Shown here piece after piece: positions 58,525-64,000 of a stretch of DNA of 64,000 nt (its first letter is position 1; the number at the start of each line of letters is the position of its first letter). The translations under genes and the position numbers were made by a program. Under the pieces are notes generated by a model. That model had not been told where the DNA came from and ran no database searches. It worked only from the letters and a program-made list of their open reading frames with translations. The DNA is from a bacterium (GTDB lineage Bacteria > Patescibacteriota > Microgenomatia > Daviesbacterales > UBA10151), in contig JAJYNW010000026.1 in assembly GCA_021786105.1 (NCBI GenBank), positions 3,481 to 67,480 on the forward strand, in the 5' to 3' direction.

Positions 58525-58942
58525 GGAAATTTTACAGCAATGTAATCTATCCTCTGCCCCAATAAATTTAGATAAAATTATAGAGCGTGAAGGCATAAAC
58601 CTTGATGACTGGCGTTTTGCCGGAAGAATCAAAGAGGCTTACCTTGGCGATAGCATTGGCATAAAAAATTCAGTTAATCCAAAGAGGAGGCGCGAGTTAA
58701 TAGCTCATGCACTAGGACATCATTTTCTTCATACGGGAAACCATTTATATTTTGAAGAACACGACCAGTTTGTTACTTTCAAACAAGAATACGAAGCTCA
58801 ATGCTTCGCGGCAGAACTTCTTATACCTACCTTAATACTCAAGCCGCTAAAAACTTGGCCAGTCCACGAATTAGCCGAGCATTTTTCCGTAACCGAAGAA
58901 TTAGTAAAATTTCGCTTAAAAGTTTTAGAGGGGGAATCATAA
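58499..58942 (+). CDS. ImmA/IrrE-family metallopeptidase-like protein with HAxxH variant motif
   Basis: ELIAHALGHHFLH where HExxH is expected (gca for gaa); paired with the XRE gene. Confidence 0.55.
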   Translation: MRKALKRAREILQQCNLSSAPINLDKIIEREGINLDDWRFAGRIKEAYLGDSIGIKNSVNPKRRRELIAHALGHHFLHTGNHLYFEEHDQFVTFKQEYEAQCFAAELLIPTLILKPLKTWPVHELAEHFSVTEELVKFRLKVLEGES

Positions 58943-59571
58943 TGGCTATCGCAATGCTTATTTTTATGGATGAATCCGGTGACACTGGATTTAAGTTTGG
59001 TAAAACTTCCAGTAAGTTTTTCGTTTTAGTTATCGTGATTTTTGATAGTTTGAGTGTTGCCGAAGAAGCAAACGAAGCCGTAAAGAAAGTCAGAAAAGAG
59101 TTAAAACTGCCAGAGAATTTTGAGTTTAAGTTTAGCACCGGTACATCAGATAAGGTGAAACGTGCTTTCTTACAAAAATTATCTAAATACAATTTTCGTT
59201 ATAGAACAGTGATTGTTGATAAAACCATCCTTGCCAAGCGTGAACCTTTACACCCCAAAGACAGTTTATACATGCTGGTTGCAGATCATCTCTTTTTAAG
59301 AGCGGAGGAGCGAATGAAAAACGCTTCTATTTTTATAGATCGTATTTCTAAATCCTTTGTGGATGATTTTGATGGTTATTTAAGAAAACGACTAAACACT
59401 AATATTGAAAAGATTATCGGGAGAGTAAAACATCAGGACTCAAGAAGTAATAATTTACTCCAACTTGCCGATATGGTTTGCGGGGCAATTTATCGAAAAT
59501 ACAATCGTAGTGATGATAAGTTCTACAAGATTATCAAAAAAAGAGAGGAAGATTTATGGAAACCTTATTGA
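58942..59571 (+). CDS. DUF3800 domain protein
   Basis: IFMDESGDTGF N-terminal DUF3800 signature; TAATG start/stop overlap with upstream gene. Confidence 0.6.
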   Translation: MAIAMLIFMDESGDTGFKFGKTSSKFFVLVIVIFDSLSVAEEANEAVKKVRKELKLPENFEFKFSTGTSDKVKRAFLQKLSKYNFRYRTVIVDKTILAKREPLHPKDSLYMLVADHLFLRAEERMKNASIFIDRISKSFVDDFDGYLRKRLNTNIEKIIGRVKHQDSRSNNLLQLADMVCGAIYRKYNRSDDKFYKIIKKREEDLWKPY

Positions 59572-59716
59572 GTAGGAAAAAGTCGATCTCTGTGGCCAAG
59601 ACGGATCACTTTTTATGGTGCCGACATTCGCTCCCTAACAGTAAGGTACTTTCACCACTGAGATCATTCGGTAACTGTAATATAGCAAATATTGGGTCAA
59701 AAATCAAGGGGAAATT

Positions 59717-61234
59717 ATGAGAGCTTTAATCTATGTTAGGGTTTCAACAGACGAACAGGCCGATAAAGGCTTATCGTTACCTGCCCAGCAGGAAGCCTGT
59801 TTAGAATACATAAAAATTAAGCATTGGACTATTGACCCTAAAAAAGACATCTTTGTTGACGCCGGAGAATCAGCACGAACCGCTAATCGCCCAGCCCTCC
59901 AAGAAATGCTATCCCGCTGTAAGAAAGATAAAGAAGTCAATGTAGTTTTGGTCCATAAACTCGACAGGTTAGCCCGCAATGTAGCCGACCACGCGGCTAT
60001 AAGGGGAATCCTGCGAAAATATGATATACAGCTTTGTTCTGTTGTTGAGCCTGTTGATGACAGCCCCACGGGAGCGCTTCTTGAAAATATTATGGCTTCC
60101 GTTGCAGAGTTCTATTCTGCTAATCTAGGACAGGAGGTAAAAAAAGGAATGAAGCAGGTACTTAAACAGGGGAGGTATCCGGGACGTGCGCCTGTCGGTT
60201 ATCTTAATAAGGATATATTTGAGTCGGACGGCACTGTTACCAAAACAATAATTATGGATGCGATCAAAGCCCCTGCAATCCAGCAGGCTTTCAGAGTATT
60301 TGCCACTAACCAATGGACTCAAGAACAGTTATGCGATGAGCTTAATAAAAACGGCTTTAAGACGTTTTTTAATAATGGAGTAAGACCATGGAAATTGCAC
60401 GGTATCCTCACAAACAAATTTTATATGGGTATTGTTGTGTGGGGCGGAGAAGAAGTGCAGGGAACCCATGAACCCTTGGTGTCTCCCGAACTATTTTACC
60501 GAGTGCAAGACGTCTTGAGAATAAGGACTAAGAATACAACTCGCCAAAGAGCGGCAATGTTTTCTCTAAGGAGAATTCTTTATTGCCCCAAGTGTGGCAA
60601 TAGATATGTTGCAGAAACCCACAAAGGCGGGCGGTTCAGCTATTATCGCTGTAGCTCCGCTTCCCGCTATGGTATGCACTGTGACCAAAAAATGGCGGCG
60701 GAAAAAGATTTATTAGCACAGATTCTTGAAATCTTCAAACAAGTGGAGCTCCCCGAAGAACTTGTTACCCTTGCAAAAATGAACGTTAAAAAACTAGAGG
60801 AAGATCGAGTAAGCGGAGTAACAAATGAACGCAGGCACTTGCGGGAAAGAATAAGTAAACTTGAAGAAAAACAGCAGAAACTTCTTGATGACCGGCTGGA
60901 AGGTCTTATTGATAAAGAACTATGCTACCAAAAGCTAGCCCTAATCAAAAGAGATATTGACCTTGCCAACGTAAGGCTTAATGAAATCCAACAGGAGAAC
61001 GACGCAAGCTTTGTCGCTCTTAATAAAACAATTGATGTTTTAGGAAATATCTACGAGATATACAAAATGTCCGACCCGCCAAGGCGTACTCTTTATAACC
61101 AATCTTTCTTCGAAAAGATCATGGTTGACCAAAAACGAATTACCGAGATAAAATGGCGTGCACCGTTTAGCTCGTTATATCGGGATAAACGTGATTCTGG
61201 TTTACCCCCCTATGGAGCGGGAGAGGGGATTTGA
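59717..61234 (+). CDS. Large serine recombinase (site-specific integrase)
   Basis: ALIYVRVSTDEQ catalytic Ser, recombinase domain, CPKCGN...YYRC zinc ribbon, C-terminal coiled coil; 3' end overlaps tRNA-Gly. Confidence 0.85.
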   Translation: MRALIYVRVSTDEQADKGLSLPAQQEACLEYIKIKHWTIDPKKDIFVDAGESARTANRPALQEMLSRCKKDKEVNVVLVHKLDRLARNVADHAAIRGILRKYDIQLCSVVEPVDDSPTGALLENIMASVAEFYSANLGQEVKKGMKQVLKQGRYPGRAPVGYLNKDIFESDGTVTKTIIMDAIKAPAIQQAFRVFATNQWTQEQLCDELNKNGFKTFFNNGVRPWKLHGILTNKFYMGIVVWGGEEVQGTHEPLVSPELFYRVQDVLRIRTKNTTRQRAAMFSLRRILYCPKCGNRYVAETHKGGRFSYYRCSSASRYGMHCDQKMAAEKDLLAQILEIFKQVELPEELVTLAKMNVKKLEEDRVSGVTNERRHLRERISKLEEKQQKLLDDRLEGLIDKELCYQKLALIKRDIDLANVRLNEIQQENDASFVALNKTIDVLGNIYEIYKMSDPPRRTLYNQSFFEKIMVDQKRITEIKWRAPFSSLYRDKRDSGLPPYGAGEGI

Positions 61235-61287
61235 ACCCCCGACATCCTCGTTGGCAACGAGGCACTCTACCACTGAGTTACTCCCGC
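61213..61287 (-). tRNA. tRNA-Gly (anticodon GCC)
   Basis: Hand-folded: GCGGGAG acceptor, anticodon loop UUGCCAA, GGTTCAAATCC T-arm, CCA encoded. Confidence 0.75.
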
Positions 61288-61351
61288 AAACATATAAACA
61301 CTCAACTCTAAATTGTATCTCAAACCGCTATTTCTGCTATGCAGAAACGAG

Positions 61352-61425
61352 GCACTCTTCCTGGGCGTCATTTAGACTCCCGTCCGCACTTCGTGCATGA
61401 CCCACTGAGTTACTCCCGCAAAAAG
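61352..61425 (-). repeat. Duplicate of the 5' 34 nt of tRNA-Gly interrupted by a roughly 43-nt hairpin-forming insertion
   Basis: ccactgagttactcccgcaaa and aacgaggcactct segments repeat those in the intact tRNA, separated by an insert containing GUCAU...GCAC-GAA-GUGC...AUGAC. Confidence 0.5.
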
Positions 61426-61488
61426 TGCCGCAGACTTGAGTTGCACAAGTATAAAACGCTCTTCAGGCGCTCGCCGTGACTACCTTGG

Positions 61489-62010
61489 CTACTGCGGCAA
61501 TTTACAATAGTTCTCTGTTTGAGAATGACAATTAGGACACAAGAAACAAAGATTTTCAGGTCGATTATCTAATGGATTACTATTAATATGCTCTACTTCT
61601 AATCGTATCAGCTTATCTCTCCACTTTGATAATTGACATTCACTACATTTATATTCTCTGCCTATCTCCAGAAGTGCCCTTCTTAATAATTTTCCTCTTG
61701 CCCTAATGCCACTATTTTGAACGACCAGTATTTGTTGGGGTGTTTTTTTAGCCGATCCACCAACATGATTTTTACCTTGATTCCAGGCCTGCCCTAAAAA
61801 GTGCGAGTTATCTATTTTATAATATTTAATTCTACCAATTAAATATGTTCTGAGAGCACCCGATGTCAAAGAAGCCCCTAATGTCCGCATCACTCCTAGC
61901 ATTGAGACATTATTTTTCACTGCTTTCTCTAAAATCTCTCGGGTATATTTCAGCTTTGACACCTTACTATTATAACATTTGTTAGGTGCCTTGCCCATAA
62001 TGAAAATCAT
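61489..62010 (-). CDS. HNH endonuclease
   Basis: EVEHINSNPLDNRPENLCFLCPNCH HNH/CxxC motif. Confidence 0.7.
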   Translation of the reverse strand: MIFIMGKAPNKCYNSKVSKLKYTREILEKAVKNNVSMLGVMRTLGASLTSGALRTYLIGRIKYYKIDNSHFLGQAWNQGKNHVGGSAKKTPQQILVVQNSGIRARGKLLRRALLEIGREYKCSECQLSKWRDKLIRLEVEHINSNPLDNRPENLCFLCPNCHSQTENYCKLPQ

Positions 62011-62084
62011 GCCTAGTTATATTTTAATGTGCCACCAGATTCTACATCATTTCCTGAAAAAATTGAAGAGAAAGAAAAGAATAA

Positions 62085-63884
62085 CTATTTCACCGTTACA
62101 CTTTTGGCAATATTACGCGGCTTGTCGACATTATGCCCTAATTCCACCGCCATGTAATAAGCCAACAGCTGCAAGGGGATTATATTCATAATTGCCGAAG
62201 TTTCACCGGTATCAGGAACCGGGATATGGTAATCAAATCCGGCATAAGGAGCAGGGGAAATTCCAATCACCGTTGCCCCCCGCGCCTTTACTTGATTAAC
62301 TGCATTCAACACATCATCCTTGGCCAAATCTTCTGAAACCACCACAATTACCGGCACCCCTTTTTCCATGAGAGTTATAGCATAATGTTTTAAGTCTCCA
62401 GCCGGAATACCGTGGGCATGAATGTATGAACCTTCAATCATCTTGATCATTCCTTCTTTAACAATATTAAAGTTTTGATATTTACCCAGTAAAAATACGT
62501 CTTTTTTCTTTGCCAGCTCCTTGGCCAAATTTCTGATTTGTTCATGGTTAGAACCGGAGTCCAAATATTTTTGCATTACCTGGACCAAGTCCTGCAAATT
62601 CTTCATACCTTCTTCAGTTTTACCAGCGGCTGCTTTGGCCACCAAATATCCCCAGGCAATTTGCGAAGTAAAAACCTTAGTAGACATTACACAAATTTCC
62701 GGCCCGGCATTGGCCATAAATTTATAATCCGAAACCCGGGTCATGGTAGAGCCGGGCATATTAACATAAGAAGCGATCTTAACTTTTTTCTTTTTGGCTA
62801 TTTCCAGAACCTCCAAAACATCAGCTGTTTCACCTGACTGCGAAGGAGTAATAATCATGTCCTCGTCACTGAACAAATCAGAATAATCCAGAGCTTCCGC
62901 GGCAATCAAACCTACTGCATTAATTTTGGCAAAAACTCTCAGATAAAAGGCAATCTGTGAAGCCGCAACGCCGGCTGTTCCCATACTGAGCGTATAAACT
63001 CTTTCAACCCTCTTCACTGATTTAATAAAATCATTTAAGGAACTTTTATTCTGATAAATAACTTGATTTACTACATAAGGGCTTTCGTGAATTTCCTTGA
63101 GCATAAAGTGATCGTAACCTTCCTTATCCACCTTGCTGCTTTGGAAATTAATTTTTTCAGGATGATAGGGGAGAGTTTTATTGGATTTAATATCCACCAG
63201 ATCCAGCTTACCATTCCAAGTAACCATCTGGCCGTTTTCTACCACCACCACATCACTAACATGCGGCGCAAAAGATAAAGTATCAGACGAGAAAAATACC
63301 TCCTTTTCTCCTAAACCCACCACCAGCGGAGAGCCGTTCCTGGCAGCAATAATTTGACTGTCTTTAGTTAAAACAATAATGGTATTTCTGCCTTCCAAAT
63401 CCAAGAAAGCAGACCGGATAGCCTCATATAAATCATGAGATTCTTCGCTTCGCTCAGAATGACGGAGGGGGAGAAGCTTATCTTCTATCAGCCTGACTAT
63501 AACTTCTGTATCTGTTTCTGTTTCAAATTTATAATCTTTCTTTTCCAAATCTTTCTTTAAATTTTGATAATTCTCCACAATACCATTCTGGGCTAACACA
63601 AAACTTTTATCGGTAGAGTAGTGAGGGTGGGCATTGGTTTTCGAAATTCCACCGTGAGTAGCCCAGCGGGTGTGACCAATTCCAATATTCGAGTTAATAG
63701 TTGAGAGTTCAGAGTTAAGAGTGTCTAAGTCGCCAATAGCGCCGGTTTGCTTATTGACCTTAATTTGATCAACCAGGACTGCGATTCCCCAGGAATCATA
63801 ACCGCGGTATTCCAACCTTTTTAAACCCTCCAAAATTACCTCTGAAGCATTTTTGGAGCCACAATAACCGAATATTCCACACAT
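62085..63884 (-). CDS. glmS: Glutamine--fructose-6-phosphate aminotransferase
   Basis: N-terminal MCGIFGY nucleophile start, SIS domains, C-terminal ...KSVTVK; the ORF-track extension upstream runs into the tRNA. Confidence 0.9.
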   Translation of the reverse strand: MCGIFGYCGSKNASEVILEGLKRLEYRGYDSWGIAVLVDQIKVNKQTGAIGDLDTLNSELSTINSNIGIGHTRWATHGGISKTNAHPHYSTDKSFVLAQNGIVENYQNLKKDLEKKDYKFETETDTEVIVRLIEDKLLPLRHSERSEESHDLYEAIRSAFLDLEGRNTIIVLTKDSQIIAARNGSPLVVGLGEKEVFFSSDTLSFAPHVSDVVVVENGQMVTWNGKLDLVDIKSNKTLPYHPEKINFQSSKVDKEGYDHFMLKEIHESPYVVNQVIYQNKSSLNDFIKSVKRVERVYTLSMGTAGVAASQIAFYLRVFAKINAVGLIAAEALDYSDLFSDEDMIITPSQSGETADVLEVLEIAKKKKVKIASYVNMPGSTMTRVSDYKFMANAGPEICVMSTKVFTSQIAWGYLVAKAAAGKTEEGMKNLQDLVQVMQKYLDSGSNHEQIRNLAKELAKKKDVFLLGKYQNFNIVKEGMIKMIEGSYIHAHGIPAGDLKHYAITLMEKGVPVIVVVSEDLAKDDVLNAVNQVKARGATVIGISPAPYAGFDYHIPVPDTGETSAIMNIIPLQLLAYYMAVELGHNVDKPRNIAKSVTVK

Positions 63885-63929
63885 TCTCAAACGATTATAG
63901 CGCAAAGCGATACCAGAAGTGAAGCGGGT

Positions 63930-64000
63930 GGGCAGTGAGGGATTCGAACCCCCGACATCTACAGTGTAAATGTAGCGCTCTACCAACTGAGCTAACTGCC
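63930..64000 (-). tRNA. tRNA-Val (anticodon UAC), 5' end cut by the window edge
   Basis: AGCTCAGTTGGTAGAGC D-arm, anticodon loop UUUACAC, GGTTCGAATCC T-arm on the reverse complement. Confidence 0.65.

Larger units (their letters stand above)
51438..61287. mobile_element. Putative integrated element (serine recombinase, Cro/CI-ImmA module, lysin, PLD nuclease, structural-like genes, GC-rich RNA region) abutting tRNA-Gly; may be part of a larger island reaching tRNA-Gln at about 30.5 kb
   Basis: Gene content and tRNA adjacency; boundaries not defined by repeats, as expected for serine recombinases. Confidence 0.4.

Noticed and set aside
59717-61234. Long terminal direct repeats (att sites) for the integrated element
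   Set aside because: A large serine recombinase uses a 2-bp crossover, so long att direct repeats are not expected. I did not find a copy of the tRNA-Gly 3' end elsewhere in the window.
63884-63986. Extended glmS N-terminus (ORF-track start at 63986)
   Set aside because: GlmS proteins begin with the MCGIFG nucleophile. The upstream extension overlaps the tRNA-Val gene and lacks an RBS.

Overview
The window reads as a low-GC, gene-dense bacterial chromosome segment with many short DUF-type genes and recurrent strong GGAGGTGA/GGGGGTGA ribosome-binding sites, consistent with a Patescibacteria/CPR-like or similar small-genome organism; this lineage call is inference from composition only. Roughly 1–30 kb looks like core genome. 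It holds envelope genes (GT39-like glycosyltransferase, S41 and rhomboid proteases), an OmpR/histidine-kinase pair with an LTxxQ (CpxP/Spy-like) protein and a MacAB-type efflux pump, and a Zur–ZIP–CDF zinc module. The region from a tRNA-Gln with an adjacent IS3-family transposase remnant (about 30.4 kb) to a tRNA-Gly (about 61.3 kb) looks like a composite integrated island. It contains an excisionase-family HTH, glycan genes, two minus-strand clusters of uncharacterised lectin-like proteins, and a + strand heavy-metal/redox island between them. That island carries two P1B ATPases, a CDF, ArsR, a CopY/BlaR1-like pair, DsbA, SufS-like desulfurase, NadE-like protein and ferredoxin. Its right end carries a Cro/CI-like immunity module, an M23-LysM lysin, a single-HKD PLD nuclease, DUF3800 and a large serine recombinase abutting tRNA-Gly. 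The most anomalous feature is a GC-rich, ORF-poor, hairpin- and tetraloop-dense region of about 1.6–1.9 kb (54.5–56.4 kb). I interpret it as a candidate very large structured ncRNA of unknown class inside this mobile element. Two further uncharacterised pairings add to this: a possible pairing of the candidate ncRNA with the adjacent PLD nuclease, and the paralogous 'MPR'/lectin-like protein modules. glmS, an HNH endonuclease, a disrupted duplicate of the tRNA-Gly 5' half and a tRNA-Val (cut by the window edge) close the window. All coordinates are hand-derived and approximate to within a few nt.
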